Shown one piece after another: positions 37,261 to 49,746 of a stretch of DNA of 64,000 bases; the first letter of the stretch is position 1, and every line of letters starts with the position of its first letter. The DNA lies in NCBI RefSeq assembly GCF_001194135.2, contig NC_068991.1:49835916-49899915 (forward strand), given 5' to 3'. The notes under the pieces are model-generated. The model was not told the origin of the DNA, did not search any database, and saw only the letters and a program-made list of their open reading frames with translations. The translations under genes and the position numbers were made by a program. Source of the DNA: Octopus bimaculoides. Taxonomy: Eukaryota.

Positions 37261-40012
37261 TACACACAAACATATGCATACATATACGTACATAAATATA
37301 TATACTTACATAACTATACACACACACATATATATACACACATACACACACACACGTAATCACAAATACACATGCACAGTATACATACACACATAAGTAC
37401 ATATACACAGTATATTTAATATTATCTGAGTAATAGTTTTGTGTGCTTTCCAAAGCTCCTCTACAAGTATTGGCTACCAAATACAGTAGGACTTCTTTTA
37501 CAGATGCACCAGAACATTAGTGAGTCGGAATAAAGCCTGTTCATTTCATCATCTAGAATTAAAATTCTTCACACACATTATACACACACACACAAATATA
37601 CATACATATAAATACACACGCAAATATACATACACACACACACACACACACACAAATACACACACACAAATATACATACATATATATACACACACGTATA
37701 CAAGCACAAACACAATATGATTCCACTTAACAATAGCAGTACCAATAACTAGTCATTAGAACTCAAAGTACTCAAACTTCAGAGTATATAGTATGTCCAG
37801 AAACAGGGAGATGTGAATGTCAATTGTCTGATGTTTTTTCTCCAGACTCTCATATGAACGAAGAGACCAGTACAGAGTATAACATCAATTAATAAGGATT
37901 TACAAAATAACAGGTGTCTCTGATCTGTGCACCCAAACTGAGTGCCATAGCAACACACACACACACACACACATACACATTGTAAGAAAATTTAATATTT
38001 TTACATTAAACATATGTCTTACCCTTAAATATGCTGAAAAAGACCAACAAATTATTTTCTCCATTAGGGATCCTTTAGGCATTCTAGAGTAAAATATGTA
38101 TCCTTTAGGCATTCTAGAGTAAAATATGTGTTATCAAAACAGGCTCACATCCATTACAGAAGAACTTGCTTAACAATCTATTTAGTCAAGGATGGTTCTT
38201 AATGTTCATCAATATTCTATCTATTAACAGCGGACATGAATTTTGATGGTGTAGAAATTTAAAATCCACAAAAACATAAAAGGAAAAGATAAATATTTTA
38301 GCAAAGCTGATAAAGCACTAGATGAAGATGTGTCTTTATCCATCTTCAAAGTATTAAATCTATTTTTGGAGTGAACAGAGTTATGTGAGTGGACTACACA
38401 GCAAGGAAATAGTAAATGACATTGTGGAGAGAAACTGAAATCGCCTAGAAGCTATGATAGCTCCAAGGTTATCAACACATGATAGGGAATAATTTGATAA
38501 GAAGCTACAAATGGTGAGACAGCAGTAGAACAAAGAAAAGAAATTAACTTTTGAAAATGAAAGAACAATAAGAAATAATCTGAGGTGCATCTTATGGAGT
38601 GGTGGGGGGGGGCATATTCACAGAATAGAGGCAGAAGGACAAAGAGTGAAGGGAAATAATAAGAAAAACTGATTAAATGTAATTTAAAGCTACTTTACAA
38701 TAACTATCACCTGATAATTGCAATTTCATGCAAAAACATTTTTTAGATAAAAATTAGTCAAATATGAAAAGTTTAGGTCTTTTTTAAAAACAGGCATATT
38801 ACTTAGGGTGATAGTGAAGGATTTTGGAAACAAATGTGATTGTTCTAAAAGAATCTATAAAAGCTTATGTATGAGGCAGCAGAAATAGGTGCAGTATCTT
38901 TTGTCAAGATTTTCTATGGCTGGATGCTCTTCCTTTCACCAACTCTCACCTGTTTCCAAACAAGACAATATTTTCCTATCACTAGATATGTTTCCATAGG
39001 AGATTGGAAATGACTGATGTCACTTGTATAATAAGGTGATGTTTGTTTACAAATATTGCATAATCAAGATAAGGAGACAAACATGCACATATGTATGTAT
39101 GTATGTATGTATGTATGTGTGTATATATGCGTGTGTGCATATATATGTCTCAATGCACACACACACACGCGCGCGCGGCTGAGTAAAAAGTTTTAAGATT
39201 TCCACTTGTGATTTTTGGCAACTTGGGATTATTAATGTAAAGTCCATGTAATATCAGTAATTTTATACAACTTTTTGCCCAATTGTTGCTAAGTTTTTTT
39301 TATTTCCATATATAATATATAATCATTAATTATTTTTTTATTTTACAGCTTTGATAATGAGTGGTGAAAAATGCTACTAGGGCCATTTGATGCTACATGT
39401 GGAAAAAAAGGAATGAGTGCAAGGGTAGTGACAAAAGAAATGAACAGTGTGGGAGGCCCAGGAACTGTCAGTAAATGTGTAGAACAAAACTGGTCCAGAC
39501 ATTTCAACAAAGGTGAAACCAGCCTCAAAGACAAACCAAGATCAGGAAGATCTTCTGTTGTGGAAGATGTAGCCTTGTTTGGAATGGTTGAGTAACATCC
39601 CAGCACAAGCACTCATACATAGTTGGCAGAACATGGTCCTTCACAAAGCATAATCAATCGACACTTTCATAAGCTCAGCCTCCCTTGTGAACAGACGCTG
39701 TCAAGAAGCTCTTCATGAACTGACCGATGACCAGGATCAATGACATGCGAACATTTGCGAATAAATGCTAACAACACAGTTCTATATTTAAGAGATGAGA
39801 CATTATTTACATTTTGACAGATTTTGTCCTCATCTTGTTTGTTGACACATTTCGGCTGATATACCCTCCAGCCTTCATTAAGTGTCTTGGGGAAATTTCG
39901 AACCTGAGTTTTCATTCCTAAGGTATTTTTCGATGTTACTATTTATTACTATTATTATTATTATTATTCAGGTCACTGCCTGGAATCGAACTCGGAATCT
40001 TGGAGACCTTCT

Positions 40013-40086
40013 GTCGCATATGGCGAAGTGGTTAAGAGTGCAGGCTACTAACTCCAAGATTCCGAGTTCGATTCCAGGCAGTGACC
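40013..40086 (+). pseudogene. tRNA-like SINE head (A and B boxes present, anticodon stem broken)
   Basis: A box tggcgaagtgg, B box gagttcgattcc, and acceptor stem gtcgc/gtgac. The anticodon stem does not pair. Confidence 0.7.
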
Positions 40087-40310
40087 TGAATAATAATAGT
40101 ATTAAATAATAACATCGAAAAATACCTTTGGAATGAAAACCCAGGTTCGAAATTTCCCCAAGACACTTGATGAAGGCTGGAGGGTATATCAACCGAAACG
40201 TGTTAACAACAAACAAGATGAGGACAAAATCCGTCAAAATGTAAATAATGTAAAAAATGCTAACAATTATTTACATTTGACGGATATTTGTTCTCATCTT
40301 GTTTGTTGTT

Positions 40311-40351
40311 GACGTTTCAGCTGATATACCCTCCAGCCTTCATCAGGTGTC
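40311..40351 (-). ncRNA. Degenerate minimal type-I hammerhead ribozyme motif (further copies at 39844-39886 on - and 40162-40204 on +)
   Basis: The minus strand reads GACAC-CUGAUGA-A-GGCUG-gagggtatat-CAGCU-GAA-ACGU-C: intact core, stem II and palindromic stem III, but the stem I 3' strand is lost in this copy. Confidence 0.6.
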
Positions 40352-42285
40352 TTGGGGAAATTTCAAACCTGGGTTCTCATTCCCAACAAACTCTCGAGGT
40401 GCCTGCTTTTGGTGTCAAATTGAAATTGAGGATGAAAAATAGATCTATTCTCACAATCCTAATAAGAGGAATCAGTACCTTCTTTAAGGCCAGGCTTCAG
40501 ACTCATTGTGAAATAAAGGCGGTTTGAAGAGAAGGTCATATGTGTTTGGTGCAATTTCAAGGGAATGTTGTACACTTTGACCAAATCCCAAATGGACATG
40601 CTGTGGATGGTAAATTTTATGCTCAACAACTGCAATATGTATAGGTCAATTGAAGATGTGTGCTCCTACAGTATGACAAAGTCCCAGCACACACTACCAA
40701 AGTGGCCAAGTGCAAACTTGAGGGACTTGAGGGGCTGGAAGTGCTGTCTTACACTGCCTACTGTCCTGACCTTGTACCATCAGATGATTACCTTTTCCAA
40801 ACCATGGATTATTTATTTGAACTACTAATTAAAACTTGAAATACAAAAACTTTTTTGACTCAATCTGTATAAACAATTTCTGAGGTCTCTTTTCATGATG
40901 TTAGCGTAGGTTTGATGTCAAGACTAAAATGCATATGGCTATTCTGGGGTGCAGGAGGTTAGGGGTAAAATAATGGTGGTATCATCTTGCATAGGTGCAG
41001 CTGCAATAAAGGCTAATACTTTGTTGATGTGTATAAGGAAGAGTGTGGCAGACAAAACTGAACCTTGGAGCACACCAGAGATGATAGAGTGTGTGTCAGA
41101 GAGAGCTTTGTTAGTTTACACAGTAAATGTGTGATCTGACAGGATTAAACAATTATCAGTGAAAGTTATTTCTTTCAATCAATGTGCTACAATCATCTCT
41201 AGATTCTATTGCATGAATGTGAAATAAGAATAGACAGTCATTTTAGATTTATTGAACAAATTAGTTATATTAAAAATGTAAATATATCAGGTAAAAATCA
41301 TAAAAAAACTGGCATACATAAAAATTTGAATGTATTTAAAATAACAATACAGTTCTTTATAATTAATATTTCTAATAATATAAAATTAGATAATTATAAG
41401 TTGCTTTTAATATCTAAAAATTCTAAGTAATATAATTAATAGATTTTGATGTATGGACAACTATTAATATTATGATGAAGTAATCCATAACATGGTTAAG
41501 CTGCCTCCAAAAACCAATTTAAACTTTTGGTAACAGAAAGTAAAAGAACACTCCCATTTTCACTATTTTATTTTTATAATAATTGGACAAATAATTCTTT
41601 AAGCATAAATTATATAAAAGTATATTAACAAGTTACTTTAATAAGATACTGACATGCATTAAAAAAAAGAAAAAAATTAAAAAGGGCTTACTTATTTAGG
41701 AGAGCATTGATGGAAATGAAAGGAAACAAAACAAAAAAAGAGCAAAAAACAAAAAGAAACAAAAAAGAAACAGGGTGGTGTGAGGTGCTAGCTTTTAGTG
41801 ACTAAACATCAAATATAAACTGTTTACAGTTATTTAACTAAATAAATCTATATGTTTAATTCTACACTTTTACTTGTAGCATAGATTCTTAATTTTATGT
41901 AGTTTTACTAAGGTAGTTAATCAGAGCCTCGTCTTTTGTGAACAGATAACAAAGAATTATGAAAGCGTTCTTTTATCACAACATTAAAACAAACTCCAAT
42001 ATTTGTTAAAGCAAATGTATTTCGATAAAGCAAAAATGTGAGATGAATATGCTTGCAAGGAAAGCTGATAAAATTACTTTCTATTAACAGCTTTGTTAAC
42101 TAAACAAGGTTGTGTGTGAATCCGTGATACACATATGAACACAGCTGTGCTACTTGCAACTAGTGGGGGAAAAAAGCTATATTTTGTTGGCAAATGTGCA
42201 GTTCGTTGAATATGTGATCAATTTTTGGTTTTTTTAAATGTAGACAGAGAAAAGTTCTTTTCCTGTCTTAGAAAATCATAAACAC

Positions 42286-42447
42286 CTTGACTGGAACCAT
42301 TTCTTGAAGTCTGAAAGAGTTTGTGGAGGTGGTTTAGCCTTTTCAGCTTTAGTTGGTGACCTCGCACAATATTTTTGTTCAGTTGTCTTATTCTTCGGTT
42401 TCTTTGATGGACAGGCTGGTAAACGGTTTGATGAAAGACATGAAGCA
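42286..42447 (-). CDS. Coding exon A (162 nt, phase 2-2): ASCLSSNRLPACPSKKPKNKTTEQKYCARSPTKAEKAKPPPQTLSDFKKWFQS
   Basis: Acceptor cacttttacccacag, 53 open codons, and donor AAG|GTGTTT. The 3' motif is shared with exon 33223-33354. Confidence 0.65.
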
Positions 42448-44114
42448 CTGTGGGTAAAAGTGATGGTTTTATGATGGATTAAAATGTGTGTCTAACCACC
42501 ATCAGTAAGCTGTTGGAAATGCCCTAGACATTTTCATAAACAAGTAGTTTTTCTTTCTTTTAGAATAGAATCCTACAACATTTAAATTAAAATTATGTAA
42601 ATCCCTTAAGTAGTTTTAAGATAATCTAAAATTATACTTTAAAGCTGACATTAATATAAGAGAATAATTAATCAAAAAGATTGCAGCTATCTTAATTTTG
42701 TGTATAATGCATAAAAATAAGCTAGTCTCTACAATTTCGAAGTAAAACTTATAAATTATGATTTTTATCAAAATCACTTCGTTGAAATTTATTACAAAAA
42801 AATTTGAATTGTTGTTTTACTGCATTTTATTTATTTGCTAATTTTCTTTAAAATTAAATTCTTGCAGGGGAAATTTACAGCAGAAATAAAGCAAAACTAA
42901 ATTATTTTGTGGTTAAGTTTCTTTATCATATATTTTAAAATCATTAAACAAAGTTTTGAAAAATATTAAAAAATAACTAATAAAATAATTTATCAACTTT
43001 GTATTATACTAGTAATTGACAAAACATTTTAACAGAAATACTATGAAGAAGAAAAGGGGAAAAGAACGGGTTTCAAAACTGGTACAAAATACAAATTTAC
43101 AAAGTTACCAATTCTGGTTTTTAATGTAGCCACAGGGGGAAAATAACAGAAGGAACAGAAAACATCTTTGAGTAAAAATAATGTGCAGGGTACTAAATAC
43201 AGGTGACTAAAATAACAGAAAAAATAGGGTCTTAAGTGCCAAAGAATTGATGCTGTGGAACACACACACATACACACAGATGCAGGCAAACTCAACTAAA
43301 TCCTTTTAAACAACAAGGTATAGTTATTTATTAATGACTTCAATGGCTTCAGACAGTAATATCTATTAGAATATAAAGGCACAAAACATAAAATACAATA
43401 TTAAGACTAAAGAGGAAATTTAGAGACACATTCCACTCATCCCTATTATTGTTGCTCATGGAATAAACTTTGCTGGCTATTGTCATTATGTAAGCCGTAT
43501 CAAATGCTATAGTTGGAGATTTCTGTATCCGATAGTGAATGAAGACCATTCAACTAAATTGATATTATTAGCAGAGATATACAACATGAAAGGGAGGATT
43601 ACAAAAATTTATATAGGACAGAGATTCCAGGTGCAGCATGGTGAAATACTTCAAGATAGTTTATAATACTGACAGGCTATGTTTATAGAAATTTCCTTCT
43701 TGTTCTCTTATTGCTATTGAGACAATATGACCAACTACAGAATCAGCTTTTACTGTTTCATTCAAATAACTTCTTGTCTTAACATGACTGATACCCACCT
43801 ATCTATGAAATTTACTCCACATATACACTGGATGTTGATTTCATCTACATTATAGCCCTGATGTCATGGATGCCCAGATGTCAAGACCATTTCTTTAAAA
43901 TTTTTCTATATTCCTAAATTAAATGTTGCAAATCAGACTCTCATTAACATTCAAGTACAATTTTTCATACATGTATCACAAACTACACAGGGAGTGGAGA
44001 TCCATTTCTAATATAAAATTTACTCTAGAACTAATTAGGTTTCTTATGTAACATTAATTTATATATAAGCTCTAGCAATTCTATAATCTTGGAATATATA
44101 TATATATATATATG

Positions 44115-44267
44115 CCACCTAAATGTTGTTAACCCTTAAGGGTTGATGCTATTGTAGGTCCAGGAAGACATCTTCTCCAGCTGGATACTGACACTATCTG
44201 TGCCCTATCAGTATTTGCAAAGGACTACAGTAGTATCAACCCTTAAGGGTTAGCCACATTTAGGTGG
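44115..44267. mobile_element. Small MITE with ~45-bp TIRs, each containing the palindrome aacccttaagggtt
   Basis: ccacctaaatgttgttaacccttaagggttgatgctattgtaggtc matches the reverse complement of gactacagtagtatcaacccttaagggttagccacatttaggtgg. It sits next to a (TA)n tract. Confidence 0.75.
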
Positions 44268-44320
44268 TAAATATATTTCATGATGTCATGCAGCTACTGT
44301 TTATACCTCATTCAGAGATT

Positions 44321-44361
<41 letters not shown>

Positions 44362-46722
44362 TATGCATGAGATGTTATATCAAGCTAAAATAATACTGAA
44401 CTTTAAAAGGGTGAAAGACAAAGTCCATACACCTAATGACTGTATCAACCCTGTGATAGATATATGACAATGACCTAGTGTTTGTATATTAGGAAGAAGG
44501 GGCTGTGCTAATGCTCATGGCAGGCCATGTGAGACTTATAAGATCAATTTCATTTTGTTCCTCTTGAACAGCTACTAGATGATGGCTGCAAGAAAAATGT
44601 GAGCAAGGAAGGAATTCCAAAGGCATGGTGTTCTATGAGAAAAATTATCAATGTTTGGGCAGAAAGAGAAGGGAGGGTACAATTAAGAATATAGTAGATA
44701 ACTATAAAAGTGAGCAAAACACAAAATGACTTTATAAATTGACTGAATGTTATACGATTTCCTAATTACCAGACAGAATCTTGAATTTGTTCTCAATAAT
44801 GTAGATAATGGAAGAATTTTAAAATGTCTTTCCATTAAGTTTGTAATTAATTTAGGCATCCTAAGTTAAACTGAAGTCAACTTGCAAATAAAAAAAAGGC
44901 TTCAATTCAGGAAACAAATACCAGTGAAGTACTGTAGTCAATTTTCATGGATAATTCTATCACCCAAAATGTGTCAATGTAAGAAATTAGTACCATTATT
45001 ATTATTTATTAATTCAATGCTGTATTTCATTAGTTTTGAAAATACAAACAAAACAAACCTAAAATCTGTATTTAGAGTTCAAACTAGGTAAATTTTTATA
45101 TCTAGTTAGAATATAAAGGAAACACTAAAACTAAAAGCAAATAAGAACACTAATTACCAACTCTCATTAGAAATAATTAGCAAGTGATTCCTACACAAGA
45201 TTCAAGTTTTAAAAATTATGTTAAATTAATTTTAAATATAAACACATAACGATTAATAAACTTCATCTCATATTTGCTTTACTCAGTCTAAGAAAGGGAG
45301 AGAGATTTAGTTCCAGTTATTAGTTCTAATTACATGGCCACTAATATTCAATTTTAATATCCAGATATGGTCATCTAAGTAGCTTGATGGTAATTGCTAT
45401 AACAAATATGAACACTAGTTGGTAGTTAGCAGACACTATTTTAATTAATTTGCATATTTGACAAATTAATTGATGGTTTTTAATTATTAATTTGGATCCT
45501 TAGACTTTCACCAACATGGCATCTAAGTGGATAGGGTGTTAGCAATAATAATAATAGCAGCAGCAGTAGTAATGGTGCTAAAAAACTAATCTTTGACAAA
45601 GATCCAAGTCACTGATGTTTAACTCTTATCTACAGCACCAAATATATGCAAGAAAAACCTTCCCTTAGGATGTTGGTCTACTATAACTAGGTTTCTCATT
45701 ACAATAATTCAGTCCAGCAAGAAAATAGAATACTTGATTTTCAAAAACTAAGGGTGTCTACTGCAGTGAATTAATTCAGTATGTATTAACTTAGAGTCAC
45801 CTTGCAACAGAGGGGAATCCGTTAGGTACACAGCCTGTTGAGTATTCCAATAGGACAGAGACCAGCTGGTGTTGCACATCCAAACTCCTTCAATCCCAAA
45901 ACAATCCATGAAGCTGAGGTTATATACACCAATTGGATTTTCCAAGGACACCATATGAAAGAACAAGTGTCTTATCCATGAACTATTTTCCTTTTTTAGC
46001 ATGTAATGACCATCTAATCAAGACATGCTTGTTCTTTTCCTCATTTTTCTCAAGCTTTTCTGTACAAGAGCATAGGCTTGAAACAGTAAAGACTTTTTCT
46101 AATTTCCTGAGCATCAACTTAATACATCCTGTTTGTTTGCTTTTTACCTCATCTTTCTGCTGATTTTTTTTTTTTTTTTTTTTTTGTACCACACGCAATG
46201 TAACACAAGTGATAGGGTACAAACTGCTGATCTTCTGCATCACCAGCCTGCACTATTGACTTGGTCATCTACTGTAGTGACTTTTGTTTGAAACAATGAT
46301 GATAATTTCTATTTTAGGGACAATATCACAAACTTAACCATAGAGAAACAGGAATTTTGTGAAATTTATAATCTCAGAGAGATTAGATGAACTTATATCC
46401 AGAAATCAAAACTGGGAAATGTAATCATAGACCTTTTTTGTTTTTTTACAAAGAGCTTACCTTAAAAATAAACTTTATAAATGAATATGAGGCCTTTGAG
46501 AGAGAACAAATTGCCTTGCCTGAGATTAGTAGTGCAATAGGAAGCAAACTAATGATCCAAGAGACAGGATCCATTGTCCTACTTATTTGTTCATTGCAAC
46601 AGAAGAAATACTATTCATAAAGGCCAACAGACATGAACAAACCAGTGCAGGATTAAATTAACAAAGTGTATGGCTGTCAAACTGAATATTTACTTGCTTT
46701 ATTTTCTCTTTATTACTTCTTT

Positions 46723-47037
46723 GATGCATGGCTTAGTGGATAGGGGTATTCTGTTCACAACCATAAGGTTGCAAGTTTGATTCCCAGCAGTGCATTGTGT
46801 CCTTGAGCGAGGCACTTTATTCCAGTCCACTCAGCTGGCAAAAGTGAGATGTACCTGTAATCTGAAGGGCCAGCTTTGTCACATTCTGCTTGAGAACTAC
46901 GTTATGAGTATGCATGTCTGTGGAGCCTACTCAGGAAATTAATGTGCAAGTGGCTCACTTGCACATTAATTTCCTGAGTAGGCTGTTCCATTGATTGAAT
47001 CAACTGGAACCTTTGTCATCGTAATCAACAGAGTACC
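46723..47037 (+). mobile_element. tRNA-derived SINE containing a 29-bp perfect hairpin
   Basis: A-box-like tggcttagtgg and B-box-like gtttgattcc. Homologous to 19884-20204. Confidence 0.8.
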
Positions 47038-49726
47038 AGTTATATACATATACGTTATCTATACTATATAATATATATTTCATATAATATATACAATTCA
47101 GGGCAGTGAGTTGACAGAATTGTTAGCATGTTGGACAAAATACATAGCAGGGTGTTCTGCTAATTGGACCAACTAGAAACATCACAGTATCCAACCAAGT
47201 GCTATTTCTAATTTAGTAAAACACAGGTAAACAAAAACTAGTCATTATTATTTTTTTAGCACGAATATCATTCTAAGATGCAATCATTATATGCTTAACA
47301 CCTACATAACAAACTTTAGGTTTGTTCTTTAAGTAAAAATCCTTACTGGCTTTATTAATCTTTCAAAATTGTATTCGTAGATTACATATATTTCAATGTT
47401 TAATACTAGAAGTGCTTTGAGACTTATATTCATAAACTTGTTAATGTTTTTGTGTCGACAAATATATCTTGGAAATGTGGCTCATGTTTATATCAATGAG
47501 CCAGAGGGAAAATCGGTTTAGTTTTACGTTGCACTTCTCAAGACCCTGTCAATGATGTTAATAGCTGATTGTAGCTGATAAGATTTCTTTTAATAATTCA
47601 TTCACATTGAAGTACAAAATCAATAATTACTTTTCAGGGCTGTGGCAGCAATGAAGATAATTAGAATAAATAACAACAAAACTAGTCAGGTAACAAATAA
47701 ATACTGAGTAAGGTGAAGTGAAAATTGGTGCCATTAACAGAGGTTAAATTTTTTAATGTAGAGTAGTACACACATATACTATAGTACATGTGCAGATGTG
47801 TTGTGTGCACATACGCTCTTTAGATATGTGGTAGTAAGGGAAGGTTGCATGTAAATAAAGCCAGTGTGCTAATTAAAGTAGTTAATGAAAGTTTTCCATA
47901 AAATATAGCTAATACAACTAAAGAATACACCAATGTGCGTGGTCCTGGAACCCCACCCCCATGTTTATTATAACTACTGATGATATTCCTTCATTTCTAA
48001 AAGTCTTCAAGAAATACCATCTTATTTGAATATTAAAAAATATTTTGTGAATTCTACTGGGACATGTTTTAGTAATGTTACCTAACACAGTCTTCGGGTT
48101 TAGTCACTCATATTGACACCAGTAATTCAGTTTAGTAATGATTTGATTGATCTCTGTTTAATTCCTAAGTTACATGACAAAGAAACATAATACATACATG
48201 TAAAATGAGCATCAGCACAGTTTCTCTCTACCAAATTCCAGTCTGAAGATACTGGTAAGTTGCCCAAGATGCTGCGCAATCAGACTAAATTCTTCAGAAT
48301 GATGTTTTATAAAATATCTCAAGAAATTTAAGCAACAGGACAATATTTACAGTTGAAAGATCTAATCATATTACGACTCTACCAGAGAACTCTTTATGAT
48401 AGATTAATTGATTATCATTTTATACATTACTGGCTTAAAAGTTGTACTCCATGCAGACTTTTTTAAACTAGCTTCTACAGAGCTAAATGAGCCTGCCGCC
48501 CAAAACTAAAGAGAGCTAAATAGCATAACTATAATACGTCTATAATGACTATATGCCCTGGTGGTGCTTGATCAGAGGTTAAGGATGGATGAGAATTAAT
48601 TCTGCAATGCAATCATTTTATTGTTCCAATCCTCAGTTGAATTCCAACTGTTGGCCAATTTGTCTCAGTTTTCATCTCAACAAAGTTAATGAAGTGAATG
48701 TCATTTATCTCACCCTAGATCTGTGACATCTGACAAACACCACCAAAATGGTGTGAATAAGCCAAGCTTTATTTGCTAGAAATAGCAACCCAAATGCTTT
48801 TAAATCAGATCCCAATGTTGGATGTTCAAGAACCATTAAAGGGCAGATTTTCAATCATGGGATCATTTTCATTGCAAAAAAGGTATATGTCTATGTAAAG
48901 TAAATGTAGGCTGAGATACAGGAGTCCTAGATGGACAGATAGAATTTTACTTTTATTATTATTATATATAGTAAAAAATATTTATCAAAAATTGCTTAAT
49001 TTGATCTCTAATGGAAAAAGATAGTCATCTTTTAGCTTTGGCTGACAGTCAACCCTTCTTTTAATACTATTTTAATGACTTTTCAATGAAATCACAAAGC
49101 ATTTTGGATTAACACCAACCATAGCTATACTACAACACTTAAATAGCCTCCAATAAATTTCTTAAAAGTTAGGAAAAAAGATTTAAATAAAGCTTAATCA
49201 ATAAGTGTCAGTCATTTAAAAAATTTTCTTGTGAGACATCTCTTGTAATGCCAAGAAACTATTCTACTCATTTTTACCCTAGTTCAGACACTGAAGCTAA
49301 ATAACACCAACCAGGGAACTGCTTTCATTATATTTCAATCCATCTAATAGTAAATACATGCTCTAACAACCAATGTCAGCTCTAGAAAGCAAACTTATTT
49401 GATGAAAGCATCGTAACTTTTGCCTTTTCCCTTTGTAATAGGTTCACTCAATCAATTCTTTTTAAAAATTCATGAAAATTGCAGATTTTCATTGAATTAA
49501 AAAAAAAAAAAAAAAAAGGATTCTTGAAAAAAACAAATTAAAATTTGAAAAGACAGATTTATCTAATTGATACTGAATTATCAAATCTCTGAAGGCAGAA
49601 GGAATGCAAACCCAAATCATTAGACTGTCAACCATTTGTACAAATAAGTAAACCTTAACAAAAATGTATCATATCATATATCCCAAAAAATGTAAAAGAA
49701 TAAAAGTTTAAAATATCTACCCTTAC

Positions 49727-49746
49727 TTCGATCTATTTTGAATAGC
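49727..49746 (-). CDS. Candidate 20-nt microexon (AIQNRS + AA)
   Basis: Acceptor ttttggtttaattttaaccag and donor GAA|GTAAGG. A phase-2 exit fits both exons A and B. Confidence 0.3.

Larger units (their letters stand above)
39777..40384. mobile_element. Palindromic tRNA-headed element with Penelope-like termini and a third inverted partial copy
   Basis: Arms 39801-40005 and 40052-40250 are reverse complements, and a third arm lies at 40267-40384. The 12-bp aaatgctaacaa is duplicated at 39763-39774 and 40255-40266. Confidence 0.85.
39177..40869 (+). mobile_element. Degenerate mariner element interrupted by an insertion at 39777-40384
   Basis: TIRs ggctgagtaaaaagtttt / aaaacttttttgactcaatctgta. 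HTH region NW..FNKGETSLKDKPRSGRSS, followed downstream by CVWCNFKG, HDNA-like YDKVPAHT and YCPDLVPSD. Confidence 0.85.

Noticed and set aside
40013-40086. Functional tRNA gene
   Set aside because: The anticodon stem does not pair and the sequence is embedded in a mobile palindromic element, so it is treated as a SINE head.
33223-42447. Naming the gene from a resemblance to DIX-domain, homeodomain WFQ, SAM, GST or kinesin motifs
   Set aside because: Each resemblance covers only a few residues and the rest of the domain is missing, so no symbol is assigned.
42218-42448. ORF-track peptide MLHVFHQTVYQPVHQRN.. as the product
   Set aside because: This alternative frame over exon A is also open, but only the other frame carries the motif conserved in exon B.
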